From positions 608,001 through 672,000 of the forward strand of contig CAVYJM010000006.1 in NCBI GenBank assembly GCA_963768855.1: a stretch of 64,000 bases of DNA, given 5' to 3'. This DNA comes from an uncultured Thermoplasmata archaeon (GTDB lineage Archaea; Thermoplasmatota; Thermoplasmata; RBG-16-68-12). Within the stretch, counting starts at the first letter, position 1. The number at the start of each line of letters is the position of its first letter. Of the stretch, positions 9,807 through 19,581 are shown one piece after another. The position numbers and the translations under genes were made by a program. The notes beneath the pieces are model-generated. The model was not told the origin of the DNA. It did no database searches and was given only the letters and a program-made list of their open reading frames with translations.

Positions 9807-10373
9807 GTGATCGAAATCCGCTTCCATGGTAGGGGAGGCCAAGGCGCCGTCATCGCGTCGGAGCTCCTTGCGCAGGCCGCCTTCCTCGAAGGTAAGCATC
9901 CCCAGAGTTTCCCGTTCTTTGGAGTGGAGCGCCGCGGGGCCCCCGTGACCGCCTTCACCCGCATCGACGACGCACCGATCCAGATCCGCACCAGCATCAC
10001 CGAACCGGACATCGTCGTCGTCCTCGACGCCGGTCTGATGCGCACGATCAACGTCACCGCGGGACTCAAGTCCGACGGGCTGATCCTCGTCAACACCGAG
10101 AAGGCCCCGGAGAAGCTCGAGGTCGCGTTCAAGGGTCGCCTCTCCACGATCGACGCGACCCGGATCGCCCTGGACCACGGCCTCGGCTCGAAGGCCATGC
10201 CCATTGTGAACACGGCGGTCCTCGGAGCCCTCGCCCGCGTCAGCGGGATTGTGTCCCTGGACTCCGTGCGGAAGGCCGTCGAGCGCTTCGTCCCCGCAAA
10301 GCAGCAGGCGAACGTCCTCGCGGTGGACGATGCCTATCAGCAGGTCCTCTCCCTGACGGCGGTGGCCCCATGA
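9807..10373 (+). CDS. porG: pyruvate/2-oxoacid:ferredoxin oxidoreductase gamma subunit
   Basis: GTG 9807; [35 protein letters not shown]. Confidence 0.93.
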
Positions 10374-10645
10374 CGAAGTACGAGGTGGAGGAAGACCTCC
10401 CGGAGGCGCCCATCGCGACGACCCCGAGCGACGTGATCCACACCGCATCCTGGCGGACGTTCCGGCCCGTCATCGACCTAACTCTCTGCACGAAGTGCAA
10501 CGTCTGTTGGAAGTTCTGCCCGGACAACGCGATCGCGTTCGACGGCGTCGGCTACCCGGTCATCCGCCTGGACTACTGCAAGGGCTGCGCGATCTGCGCC
10601 GAGGAGTGCCGGCCCAAGGCGATCGTGATGGTCAAGGAGGAGTGA
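10370..10645 (+). CDS. porD: pyruvate/2-oxoacid:ferredoxin oxidoreductase delta subunit
   Basis: WRTFRPVIDLTLCTKCNVCWKFCPD and DYCKGCAICAEECRPKAI. Confidence 0.93.
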   Translation: MTKYEVEEDLPEAPIATTPSDVIHTASWRTFRPVIDLTLCTKCNVCWKFCPDNAIAFDGVGYPVIRLDYCKGCAICAEECRPKAIVMVKEE

Positions 10646-10647
10646 CC

Positions 10648-11823
10648 ATGACGGAGCTCGTCATCAGCGGGAACTACGCGCAGTCCTACGCCGCGAAGCT
10701 CGCGCGGGTCCATGTCGTCTCGGCCTACCCGATCACCCCTCAGACCTCGATCGTCGAGAAGCTTGCGGAGTTCGTGGCCTCCGGCCAGCTCGACGCGGAG
10801 TACATCAAGGTCGAGTCGGAGCACTCCGCGCTCCAGGCGTGCATCTCCGCGTCCGCCCTCGGCGCCCGCACGTACACGGCCACATCGAGCCAGGGTCTCC
10901 TGCTCATGCACGAGCTCCTGCACTGGGCGGCCGGTGCCCGGACGCCCGTCGTGATGGGCGTCGTGAACCGCGCCGTCGCGCCGCCCTGGTCCATCTGGAC
11001 GGACCACACGGACACCGTGGCGCAGCGGGACACGGGCTGGATCCAGTTCTACGGAGAGAGCAACCAAGAGGTCCTCGACACGACCCTGATGGCCTTCCGC
11101 CTCGCGGAGCACCCCGAGGTCCGCCTCCCTGCCATGGTCACGGAGGATGCGTTCTACCTCTCCCACACCGTCGAGCCCGTGGACATCCCCTCCCAGGAGG
11201 AGGTGGACCGGTTCCTGCCGCCGCGCGAACTCAGTTCCACGATCCGGGTCGGCACAGGCATGCGGCTCGGTTCCTTCACCGGACCCGACCTGTACATGGA
11301 GTTCCGCCACAAGATCGCGCGGGCGATGGGCCGCGCGCGGGACGTGTTCCTCGAGATCGAGGACGACTACGCGCGGATCACCGGGAGGAACCACGGCGGC
11401 CTCTTGCCCACCTACAGGACCGACGACGCGGACACCGTGCTGATCACGATGGGCACCGCGACGACGACCGCGAGGGGCGTCGTGGACGCGATGCGCGCGG
11501 ACGGCCACAAGGTCGGCCTCGCCAAGCTCCGCACGTTCCGTCCGTTCCCCGTCGAGGAGCTCCGGGACCTGGGGGCCGGCGTCGACCGGATCGGCGTGCT
11601 AGACCGTTCCTTCACGTTCGGGGCCGCGGGTGCGGCGTTCACTGAGGTCGCGGGCACCCTGTACTCGCTCCCGCAGCGGCCGATCCTGCGCGACTTCGTC
11701 GCGGGCCTCGGCGGTCGCGACATCACCGCCGCAACAGTCCAGGAGGCGTTCCTCGATCTCCTGACCCGGGACGGGCCGGAATCTGAATGGGTCGAGCTCA
11801 AGACCCGCCAGGGGGCGGCCTGA
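10648..11823 (+). CDS. porA: pyruvate/2-oxoacid:ferredoxin oxidoreductase alpha subunit
   Basis: SAYPITPQTSI, VESEHSA, TATSSQGLLLMHE, FRPFP, GLGGRDI. Confidence 0.95.
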   Translation: MTELVISGNYAQSYAAKLARVHVVSAYPITPQTSIVEKLAEFVASGQLDAEYIKVESEHSALQACISASALGARTYTATSSQGLLLMHELLHWAAGARTPVVMGVVNRAVAPPWSIWTDHTDTVAQRDTGWIQFYGESNQEVLDTTLMAFRLAEHPEVRLPAMVTEDAFYLSHTVEPVDIPSQEEVDRFLPPRELSSTIRVGTGMRLGSFTGPDLYMEFRHKIARAMGRARDVFLEIEDDYARITGRNHGGLLPTYRTDDADTVLITMGTATTTARGVVDAMRADGHKVGLAKLRTFRPFPVEELRDLGAGVDRIGVLDRSFTFGAAGAAFTEVAGTLYSLPQRPILRDFVAGLGGRDITAATVQEAFLDLLTRDGPESEWVELKTRQGAA

Positions 11824-11824
11824 C

Positions 11825-12715
11825 ATGGCCCGCCTGACGATCCCGGCCGAGGAGCTCATGCGGTCGGGCCACAGCGCATGCCCCGGCTGCGGCGCGACCC
11901 TCGTCATGCGCTACATGCTCAAGGGCCTCGGGAAGCAGACGATCGTGACCGTGCCGGCGTGCTGCTGGACCGTCATCGCGACGCCGTTCCCGACGACCGC
12001 GCTGGACGTGCCCATGCTCGACTGTGCGTTCGAGGCCACGGGCGCATCGATCTCCGGCCTGCGGGCGGCGGCGGACAAGCTGGGTCTGAAGGACGTGACG
12101 ATCGTCGGCTTCGCCGGGGACGGCGGCACGGCGGACATCGGGCTCCAGGCGCTGAGCGGCATGCTCGAGCGCCGGACGGACGGCATCTACGTCATGTACG
12201 ACAACGAGGCGTACATGAACACGGGCGTCCAGCGGAGCGGCGCGACGCCGGAGGGTGCCTGGACGACCACCACGCCCGTCGACGAGCTGTCCCACGGCAA
12301 GCTCGAGCCGAAGAAGGACATCATGGCGATCGTCGCGGCGCACCGGCCTGCCTACGCGGCGACGGTCAACGTCGCGTTCCCCGAGGATTTCGTCAAGAAG
12401 GTGCAGAAGGCGAAGGCGATCCACGGCTCTCGATTCATCCACGCGCTCGCACCCTGCCCTCCCGGGTGGCGGTATTCCTCCGAGAAGACGATCGAGGTGG
12501 GCCGCCTCGCGACGGACACGAACATCTTCCCCCTCTATGAAATCGAGAACGGGGTCTACCGCATCACGCGCAAGCTCGGCGTCGCGAAGCCCGTCCAGGA
12601 GTACCTCCGGACACAGGGGCGGTTCGCCCACCTGGGCGAGACGGAGGTCGCTCAGATCCAGGCCGAGGTCAACGCAGCCTGGAAGCGGCTGGTCGCGCTC
12701 GAAGGCCTCGCGTGA
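11825..12715 (+). CDS. porB: pyruvate/2-oxoacid:ferredoxin oxidoreductase beta subunit
   Basis: GHSACPGCG, GDGGTADIGLQALSG, YDNEAYMNTGVQRS, PCPPGW. Confidence 0.95.
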   Translation: MARLTIPAEELMRSGHSACPGCGATLVMRYMLKGLGKQTIVTVPACCWTVIATPFPTTALDVPMLDCAFEATGASISGLRAAADKLGLKDVTIVGFAGDGGTADIGLQALSGMLERRTDGIYVMYDNEAYMNTGVQRSGATPEGAWTTTTPVDELSHGKLEPKKDIMAIVAAHRPAYAATVNVAFPEDFVKKVQKAKAIHGSRFIHALAPCPPGWRYSSEKTIEVGRLATDTNIFPLYEIENGVYRITRKLGVAKPVQEYLRTQGRFAHLGETEVAQIQAEVNAAWKRLVALEGLA

Positions 12716-12834
12716 TCGGCTTGCAGGGAACGGTGGGATGAGCCCGCGGGCAGGTCGTTCCGCAAGTACCCACGTTCTCAGGTACGGTCAATCGCACCGA
12801 AACCTTAAACAGGGGTCGGGCCAACTCCGCCTCC

Positions 12835-13413
12835 ATGTCTTCTCCACCCCCTGGTGGCCCGCAGACCCCTCCGCCATCGTACCCGCCGCAGTATCCGCAG
12901 CAATACCCGCCGCAGCAGCCTTACTATGCGCAGCCCGCGGCCCCACCGCCGAAGAAGTCGAACACGGCGCTGATCGTCGTCCTGGTCGTCGTCGTGGTGA
13001 TCGTGGTCGTTGCCGTGATGGCCTGGTGGGTCTTCACCTCCCTCATGGCTCCGGTGAACAACGCCCAGAACGTCACGGTCACGGGGGTCAGCTGGACGGT
13101 CGACTATCCCGGCTCCGTCAGCTACTTCGGCACGTCCCCGCTGACGACCTGCAGCACCTGCCCGATCCACGCCACGATCTACAGCCCGTTCAACTACGTC
13201 CTGTCGCTGACGAACTCGGACTCGTCGTCGCACAACGTGACGGACATCACCCTCTCCGGGTTCCAGTTCACGATCGTGAGCACGACCCCGACGATCACCT
13301 CGGGGTCCCCCTTGGTGTTCACCGCAGGTCAGACCCGGTCCATCACGCTGAGCATCCAGGTGACGCCGCTGACCGGCAACGGAGTGATGACGGGAACGAT
13401 CACGACGACCTGA
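12835..13413 (+). CDS. single-pass membrane protein with P/Q/Y-rich N-terminus and beta-rich external domain
   Basis: PPQYPQQYPPQQPYY tract, KKSN followed by a poly-Val TM helix, Thr/Ser-rich domain with one CxxC. Confidence 0.78.
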   Translation: MSSPPPGGPQTPPPSYPPQYPQQYPPQQPYYAQPAAPPPKKSNTALIVVLVVVVVIVVVAVMAWWVFTSLMAPVNNAQNVTVTGVSWTVDYPGSVSYFGTSPLTTCSTCPIHATIYSPFNYVLSLTNSDSSSHNVTDITLSGFQFTIVSTTPTITSGSPLVFTAGQTRSITLSIQVTPLTGNGVMTGTITTT

Positions 13414-13444
13414 TCCCATCGCGCGTCCGGCCCGTCGCCGCGGC

Positions 13445-13606
13445 TCACGCCTGGCCGACGAGCTCGAAGCCTCCGAAGGCCACGGCCGGCACGTAGGCAC
13501 AGCTCGGCGAGCCGTAGAACGCGTCGCGGGCTTCCAACTCGAGGTCGCCGAACTCGGCTCCGGCGGCCTCGAGTGCGCGGAGGACGGCGGAGAATGTGTC
13601 GGCCAT
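13445..13606 (-). CDS. small hypothetical protein (53 aa, absent from the ORF track)
   Basis: Hand translation MADTFSAVLRALEAAGAEFGDLELEARDAFYGSPSCAYVPAVAFGGFELVGQA; GC3-biased; directly downstream of hycI on the same strand. Confidence 0.5.
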   Translation of the reverse strand: MADTFSAVLRALEAAGAEFGDLELEARDAFYGSPSCAYVPAVAFGGFELVGQA

Positions 13607-13655
13607 GGTACGGCTCCCGCGCGGCGCAGGCCGGACGTCACTGAAGCGGTTTGCC

Positions 13656-14210
13656 TCACAGGGCGTGGGATTCGCGGTCCGCCTTCTTCGCGGGCTTCCG
13701 GGCCCTCGTCCGAGGCTCGCCCAGGACGTGGAAGACGCTCACGAGGAGGTGGGCCAATCCGGCCTGCTCCGGTCCCGCGGGGGTGAAGCCCTGCGCATCG
13801 AGGTCCGGTTGGATCCCCACGAGGCTCACCCGGGCTCCCGTGTCCTTCTCGAGGAACTCCATGACCACAGAGAGCGGGAGGGCGTGCGTCGAGAGGAGGG
13901 TCGCCCGGATCTCGTTCGGCTCGACGAGGGCCACGGCCCCCGGCCGGGCGCCCATGTCGGCGGCGTCCAGCAAGAGGACCGCGTCGGGCTTGAACCGCCG
14001 GATTGGGCCCGTCACGCTCTCCGGGACGGTCCCGGCGAGGAACACGCGGACGTTCGGCAGGTGGAGCCCCTCGACCTCCTTCGCGGCGAGCATGCCGAGG
14101 CGGTCGTGGACGTTCAGCTCATCCCCGACGCCGACGACCGCGATGCGCTTCGCTTCCCCCAACCGCCGGCGGAGCCGCAATTCGAAGTCGTGCTGGGCGA
14201 TGTACGTCAC
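13656..14210 (-). CDS. hycI: hydrogenase maturation endopeptidase (HycI-type)
   Basis: GTGA overlap start at 14210; IAVVGVGDEL..DRLG, GTVPES, LLDAADMG..PG, STHALPL, LVGIQP. Confidence 0.9.
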   Translation of the reverse strand: MTYIAQHDFELRLRRRLGEAKRIAVVGVGDELNVHDRLGMLAAKEVEGLHLPNVRVFLAGTVPESVTGPIRRFKPDAVLLLDAADMGARPGAVALVEPNEIRATLLSTHALPLSVVMEFLEKDTGARVSLVGIQPDLDAQGFTPAGPEQAGLAHLLVSVFHVLGEPRTRARKPAKKADRESHAL

Positions 14211-14572
14211 TTCACCACGACGGTCTTGTCCGGTCCAGAGCCGCTGAACGCGTTCGTCAGGTAGATGGCTTTCGGGTCCGTGGGGCAGTACTCCTCGCAC
14301 AGCCCGCAGCGGATGCAGAGGAAGAGCTCGACCTCGGGCTTCTTCTTGCGGATGATCTTCTTGCCCTTGACCTCGACCTCGCGCTCGTTCGCGACCATCG
14401 TGATGCACTGCGTCGGGCACACGACCGCGCACTTCGAGCAGCCGATGCACTTCTCGTCGAGGATCGCGATCTTCCCGCGGAACGCCGGCGGGATGACGAC
14501 CTTCTCCTTCGGGTACCGCGTCGTGCTGGGCTTGTGCGTCAGGTTGTCGAACATCTCCCGCAAGACGCTCAT
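14207..14572 (-). CDS. 2x[4Fe-4S] subunit (NuoI/EchF/MbhN-like)
   Basis: TTRYPKE..FRGK, CIGCSKCAVVCP and CIRCGLCEEYCP. Confidence 0.92.
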   Translation of the reverse strand: MSVLREMFDNLTHKPSTTRYPKEKVVIPPAFRGKIAILDEKCIGCSKCAVVCPTQCITMVANEREVEVKGKKIIRKKKPEVELFLCIRCGLCEEYCPTDPKAIYLTNAFSGSGPDKTVVVK

Positions 14573-15543
14573 CCGCTCACCCACCAGTAGTAGTTCATGA
14601 CCAGGACGAGCGCGACCTGGATGATCGCGGCGCTCGCGAGGTACTTCCACCCGATGTCGTTGAGCTGGTCGATCCGGATGCGCCCGGTCGCGACCTTGAT
14701 CGAGGACAGGACGAGGAGGATGGCCAGAGTCTTCGCGAAGAACACGAGGAACCCGACGATCCATCCGAACCAGTTCGGGGTGATCGCCCACGGGATCAGG
14801 GGGCCGCCCAGGAAGAGGGCCGCCACGAGGGCGCTGCCCACGACCAGGCTCACGTCCATCGTGAGCTTCATCAGGGCGAGGCGCCGGCCCGTGAGCTCCG
14901 TCGTCGGGCCTGCCACGATCTCCGTCTCCGCCTCGGGGATGTCGAAGGGGGTGCGCTCGAGCTTGGCCTGGAGGCCAATCAGCGCGACGATGAACCCGAT
15001 CGGCTGGAGGATCGCGAACCAGTAGTGCCCCTGCTCCCAGGTGACGATATCCGAGATGGACCAGCTACCCGCCATGAGCGCGGGGGCGAGGAGCGCGAGG
15101 AAGAACGGCACCTCGTAGATGAACATCTGCGTCACGGCGCGGACGCCGCCGATCGTCGAGTAGACGTTCCGGCTGAGCCAGCCCAGGAGGAACAGGACGA
15201 TTGTCGGGAGGGTCAGGAGGTACAGCACGAGGACCAGGTCGCCCTGGAACGCGAGGGGGCTGTTCCCTACGATGGGCACGTACAGGAACGCGGTCATCAC
15301 GGCCGCCAGGGCGAGGATCGGGGCGAAGTCGAAGGCCTTGCGGTCGACGCCATCCGGGTCGATGACCTCCTTCCCGAGCATCTTGATGAAGTCCGCGAAG
15401 GGCTGCAGGAGGGGCGGGCCGACTCGGTTCTGCATCCTCGCGGCGATCTTCCGGTCGAGGAACTGGAAGAAGAACGCGTATGTCAGGAGGAACAGGAACC
15501 CGGGGAACACGAGGAGGTAGACGACCTCGAGGATCGGGTCCAT
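14569..15543 (-). CDS. membrane anchor subunit (NuoH/EchB/MbhM-like)
   Basis: DRKIAARMQNRVGPP..QPFADFIKML.KE, AKLERTPFDIPEAETEIVAG..TE; 8 TM. Confidence 0.93.
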   Translation of the reverse strand: MDPILEVVYLLVFPGFLFLLTYAFFFQFLDRKIAARMQNRVGPPLLQPFADFIKMLGKEVIDPDGVDRKAFDFAPILALAAVMTAFLYVPIVGNSPLAFQGDLVLVLYLLTLPTIVLFLLGWLSRNVYSTIGGVRAVTQMFIYEVPFFLALLAPALMAGSWSISDIVTWEQGHYWFAILQPIGFIVALIGLQAKLERTPFDIPEAETEIVAGPTTELTGRRLALMKLTMDVSLVVGSALVAALFLGGPLIPWAITPNWFGWIVGFLVFFAKTLAILLVLSSIKVATGRIRIDQLNDIGWKYLASAAIIQVALVLVMNYYWWVSG

Positions 15544-16724
15544 CAGCGTCGCCCCCGTGCGCGGTAGAAGGCGCGTCCGTGCTCGCTCAGCTCATCCCAG
15601 GTCATCTCGCCCACCTTCCGCCCGCGCTCGTTGACCACCGTGATCCGGGAGGTGCACGAGAGGCAGGGGTCGATCGCCGCGACGACCACGGGGATGTCCG
15701 CGAGGTTCTGGTTCACCAGGCTCACCGCCACGGAGGTCCAGTTCGCCAGGCTCGGGGTACGGATGTCGAGGCGCTCGACCTTGTCCGTGTTGTTCGTGCG
15801 GATGAAGTGGACGAGCTCACCGCGGGGCGCCTCATAGCGCGAAAGGATCTCCGCCTTCGGCGCGGCCCGGGGCGGGGGCGTCCGGATGGGTCCCGCCGGG
15901 AGGTTCTCGAGGCAGTACCGCACGATCTGGAGGCTCTGCTGGAGCTCGCCGATCCGGACCAGCGTCCGGCCGTAGACGTCTCCGTGGGTGTCCGAGACGA
16001 CCTTCCACGGCACCTCCGCGTAGGCGATGTACGGGTCGTCGTGGCGGACGTCGAACTGGATGTCGCTCGCCCTCGCCGTCGGCCCGACCGTCCCGAACTT
16101 CAGGGCCTGCTCCTTCGTGAGCTTGCCGACGCCCTTGAACCGCATGAGGACGGTCTGCTCGTTGTTCACCATCTGGCCGTAGCCGGTGATGCGCCGCTCC
16201 AGCTTGGGCAGGCGATCGAGCGCCGCCTTAATCTGGTCCGGGGTGACGTCCCGGCGGACGCCGCCGACCTCGTTGATCCCGTGGTTCACCCGGTTCCCAG
16301 TCAGCTCTTCGAGCATGTCCAGGACGGACTCGCGGTCCCGCCAGCTCCACATGAAGAGGGTGTTGAACCCGACCTCGTGGCCCGCGACGCCGAGCCAGAG
16401 CAGGTGGGAGTGCATCCGCTCGAGCTCCGCGACGATTGTGCGGATGTACTGCGCCCGCGGCGGGATCTGGAGCTTCATCGCTTCCTCGATCCCCTTCACG
16501 AAGACCGTGGCGTGGGAGTGAGAGCAGATCCCGCAGACGCGTTCCAGGAGGGGCACGACGCGGACGAAGTCCCGCGCCTCGGCGGCCTTCTCGATGCCGC
16601 GGTGGTTGTAGGAGATGTCCAGCTCGAGGCGGACGATCTTCTCGCCGTCCGCGACGACCTTGAAGTTCACGGGCTCCTTGAGGGCCGGGTGCTGCGGCCC
16701 GACGGGCACGATGACCTCGGCCAT
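15543..16724 (-). CDS. group 4 [NiFe]-hydrogenase large subunit (NuoD-homologous)
   Basis: GPQHPALKEP, HRGIEK, L1 motif ERVCGICSHSH, L2 motif IDPCLSCTSR followed by a roughly 33-aa cleavable C-terminal tail. Confidence 0.95.
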   Translation of the reverse strand: MAEVIVPVGPQHPALKEPVNFKVVADGEKIVRLELDISYNHRGIEKAAEARDFVRVVPLLERVCGICSHSHATVFVKGIEEAMKLQIPPRAQYIRTIVAELERMHSHLLWLGVAGHEVGFNTLFMWSWRDRESVLDMLEELTGNRVNHGINEVGGVRRDVTPDQIKAALDRLPKLERRITGYGQMVNNEQTVLMRFKGVGKLTKEQALKFGTVGPTARASDIQFDVRHDDPYIAYAEVPWKVVSDTHGDVYGRTLVRIGELQQSLQIVRYCLENLPAGPIRTPPPRAAPKAEILSRYEAPRGELVHFIRTNNTDKVERLDIRTPSLANWTSVAVSLVNQNLADIPVVVAAIDPCLSCTSRITVVNERGRKVGEMTWDELSEHGRAFYRARGRR

Positions 16725-17207
16725 CTACCTCGCCTCCTCGTGGACTCCGCCGTAGAACCGGTTCGGGTCCATCTTCCAGTCCTTCCGCAGCGGGAACTCG
16801 TTGGCGGGCCAGTCCTCGTTCAGGATGATCCGCTTCAGGGCGGGGTGGCCCCGGAAGGTGATCCCCAGGAGGTCGTGGATCTGGCGCTCGTAGATCCCGG
16901 CCGGCGGCAGGAGGTCCGACGTGGTCGGCGCCTCGGGCCGGTCCCGCGGCAGCTCGATGGCCAGGGCCACGATCATCCGGTGGGGTCCGCTCAGGTGGTA
17001 GATGAGCTCGAACGTCTTCCCGTTGTCCGCGGCCGCGATCTGGACGAGGTGGTCGCACCCGAGGATGGACTGGGTCCGCAGGATCGCCTCCCGCACCTTC
17101 TCGACCGTCGTCGTGACCTTGGTCCGGTTCCACCGAACCTGCTCGACGGTCCCCAGGTCGCTGAGGGCCTCCTTCACGGTCTCCACCTTCAGGGAGGTCT
17201 CCGTCAT
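16725..17207 (-). CDS. NuoC/EchD-like subunit
   Basis: ELIYHL, PTTSDLLPPAGIYERQIHDLLGITFRGHP.LKRIILNEDWP..EFPLRKD. Confidence 0.9.
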   Translation of the reverse strand: MTETSLKVETVKEALSDLGTVEQVRWNRTKVTTTVEKVREAILRTQSILGCDHLVQIAAADNGKTFELIYHLSGPHRMIVALAIELPRDRPEAPTTSDLLPPAGIYERQIHDLLGITFRGHPALKRIILNEDWPANEFPLRKDWKMDPNRFYGGVHEEAR

Positions 17208-17722
17208 GCCGTCACCTCCGCGGGCTTCGCTGCGCTGGGCGGGATCTCCACCGTCTTCTTCTGGCGCCAGGCCTTGCCGCCGTGGTCGAGGTCCCCCTTC
17301 AGGAGGCCCAGGCACGCGACGACGCCGTCGATGATCTCGTCGGGTCGCGGCGGGCAGCCCGCGATGAACACGTCGACCGGGATGACGTTCTCGACGCCGT
17401 CCACGACGTGGTACAGGCCGCGGAAGACGCCGCCGGAGGCGCCGCAGGCCCCCATCGCGATCACGTACTTCGGCTCGGGCATCTGCTCCCAGATCCGCCG
17501 GAGCCGGGACGCCTGCTTCTTCGTCACGGGGCCCGTGACGATCAGGACGTCCGCGTGGCGGGGCGAGCCCTGGGCCACGATGCCGAAGCGCTCGACGTCG
17601 AAGCGCGGCGTCAGGGTCGCGATGACCTCGATGTCGCACCCGTTGCAAGCGCCGCTGTTGAACACCGTGATCCACGGAGACTTTACTCGGGCCCAGTTTG
17701 CGAGACGCTGACTCAGGGTCAT
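17204..17722 (-). CDS. [NiFe]-hydrogenase small subunit (NuoB/EchC-like)
   Basis: NSGACNGCDIEV, SPRHADVLIVTGPVT, PEPKYVIAMGACGASGG, VDVFIAGCPPRP. Confidence 0.94.
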   Translation of the reverse strand: MTLSQRLANWARVKSPWITVFNSGACNGCDIEVIATLTPRFDVERFGIVAQGSPRHADVLIVTGPVTKKQASRLRRIWEQMPEPKYVIAMGACGASGGVFRGLYHVVDGVENVIPVDVFIAGCPPRPDEIIDGVVACLGLLKGDLDHGGKAWRQKKTVEIPPSAAKPAEVTA

Positions 17723-18048
17723 TGTTCCCACCTCAGGATCATGATGGCGACCGCGACGACGCCCAGGTAGCCCACGGCCGCCCACGGCAGGATGTCGTGC
17801 GGCATGGTGGCGAGCACGAGGGCCGCCACGTGGACGAGCGTGAAGAACAGGGCGACGTAGAAGAACTGGTAGCCCGGCTGGAACGCCTGCGCGACGGCGG
17901 GCTCCCCGCCGACGTACGGCATGCGCTTGTCCCCGCCGCCCGCCGGCGTCGGCGCGATCGTGCGGGACCAGAAATACATCAGGTACCCGATCGCGATGGC
18001 AATGCCGAAGATGACGAACGGGGAGGTCAGGATGTCCGCGGTGGTCAT
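17719..18048 (-). CDS. NuoA-like 3-TM subunit
   Basis: TM, then loop KRMPYVGGE (compare NuoA K..PYECG), then YQFFYVALFF and 2 more TM; lies immediately upstream of the NuoB-like gene. Confidence 0.72.
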   Translation of the reverse strand: MTTADILTSPFVIFGIAIAIGYLMYFWSRTIAPTPAGGGDKRMPYVGGEPAVAQAFQPGYQFFYVALFFTLVHVAALVLATMPHDILPWAAVGYLGVVAVAIMILRWEQ

Positions 18049-19581
18049 TCAGTGCACCCCCCAGAAGGCGGTCAGGCCTTGTGCGGCTTTGCTAATCCAA
18101 TCGAAGAGGGTCTGCGGGAAGAGGCCCAGGTAGACCGTCACGATCGCGAGGATCGCGATGCCCGCGGACGTGCTCAGGGGCAGCTTCGCCTCGCCGCCGT
18201 CCGCGGCCGCGACGGGCGCCACGTGGGCCGCGTCGTGGCCCTGGAACAGGAGCGTGGACAGGATCGGCACGTAGTAGCCGAGGGAGAGCGCGCTGTTCGC
18301 CGCGAGGATGAGGGCGAGGAGCACGCCGCCGAGGACGTCCGTGGCCATGCCCGCCTGGAAGACGAGCAGCTTGCCCAGGAAGCCCGCGGTCGCCGGGACG
18401 CCGACGAGGCCCAGGATGAAGATCGTGAACGCCACGCCGACGACGGGATGGCGGGCGCCGAGGCCCCGCATCTTCGCCGTCTCGGGGGATCCGGCCGCGG
18501 CGGTGAACAGGTCCGCCGCGAGGAAGGCACCGCCCTTCATCACGCTGTACGCGACCGCATAGAAGAGCCCGGCCTCGAACCCGAGGAGGAGGCTGTACTG
18601 GATCCCGATCCCGAATCCCAGGAGGATGTATCCCATCTGAGCGACGCTCGAGTAGGCGAGCACGCGACGGAGGTCCTTCTGGTTCAGGGCGAGGAGGTTG
18701 CCCACGGTCATCGTCAGGACGGCGAGGACGCAGACCGCGACCCCGAGGAAGGTCTGTGACACCGCGGTCGGCGGCAACACGGACAGGGAGACGAGCAGGG
18801 CGACGAGGGCGCCCGCCTTCGTGGCGCCCGCCATGATGGCGGTCACGCCGCCCGGGGCGTGCGTGTAGGCGTCCGGCAGCCAGGTGTGCAGCGGGACGAT
18901 CGCGAGCTTGACGCCGTAGCCGAGGAGGATGAGGACCGCTGCGAGGCCGAGCAGGAACGGGTCCGCGTTCACGAGGGCGAGCCGCAGGCCGGAGATCGTC
19001 AGGGTGCCGCTGCCCGCGACGCGGCTGCTCGCGAGGTACAGGAGGGACACGCCCAGGAGGGCGGTCACCGTGCCCGTCACGCCCTGCACGAGGTACTTCA
19101 GCGCGGCGCTCAGGGAGCGCGGCTCCTCGCGGTACCGGTACGCCACGAGGGCGTAGGACGGGATCGCGCTGAGCTCGACCATCACGAAGACCGTGAACAG
19201 GTCGTCCGCGAACCCGACCGCCGTCGCGCCGGCAAGGGCGAACAGGAAGAGCGGGTAGTAGAGGTGGACCGGCCCGTCCGGGGCGATGCGGCCCTGGGAG
19301 GCGAACGCCGCCAGGGAGCCGAGCCCCGTGGCCAGGAGACCGACGATCAGCCCGAGGTACGACGGGGCGAGGATCGGGGCGAAGACGGAGCCGCCCGAGG
19401 ACGGAAAGCCGAGGTCCACCGCGTACAGGAGGAGGCCGAAGGCGGCCGCCAGCCAGGCGGCGGCCATCGCACCGGTCCAGCGGCGGAACCGCGGGCCGAC
19501 GAGCTTCGCGAAGAGGTACGCCTCGACGCCGCCGATCGCGATGAAGAGCGGCACGAAGAAGGCGAGGTCGGCGGCGTTCAC
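18049..19581 (-). CDS. antiporter-like subunit (NuoN/MrpD family)
   Basis: GTG 19581 overlaps the reconstructed upstream stop; VMVELSAIPSYALV, ALKYL, GYGVKLAIVPLHTWLPDAY, NQKDLRRVLAYSSVAQMGY, GVPATAGFLGK. Confidence 0.85.
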   Translation of the reverse strand: MNAADLAFFVPLFIAIGGVEAYLFAKLVGPRFRRWTGAMAAAWLAAAFGLLLYAVDLGFPSSGGSVFAPILAPSYLGLIVGLLATGLGSLAAFASQGRIAPDGPVHLYYPLFLFALAGATAVGFADDLFTVFVMVELSAIPSYALVAYRYREEPRSLSAALKYLVQGVTGTVTALLGVSLLYLASSRVAGSGTLTISGLRLALVNADPFLLGLAAVLILLGYGVKLAIVPLHTWLPDAYTHAPGGVTAIMAGATKAGALVALLVSLSVLPPTAVSQTFLGVAVCVLAVLTMTVGNLLALNQKDLRRVLAYSSVAQMGYILLGFGIGIQYSLLLGFEAGLFYAVAYSVMKGGAFLAADLFTAAAGSPETAKMRGLGARHPVVGVAFTIFILGLVGVPATAGFLGKLLVFQAGMATDVLGGVLLALILAANSALSLGYYVPILSTLLFQGHDAAHVAPVAAADGGEAKLPLSTSAGIAILAIVTVYLGLFPQTLFDWISKAAQGLTAFWGVH

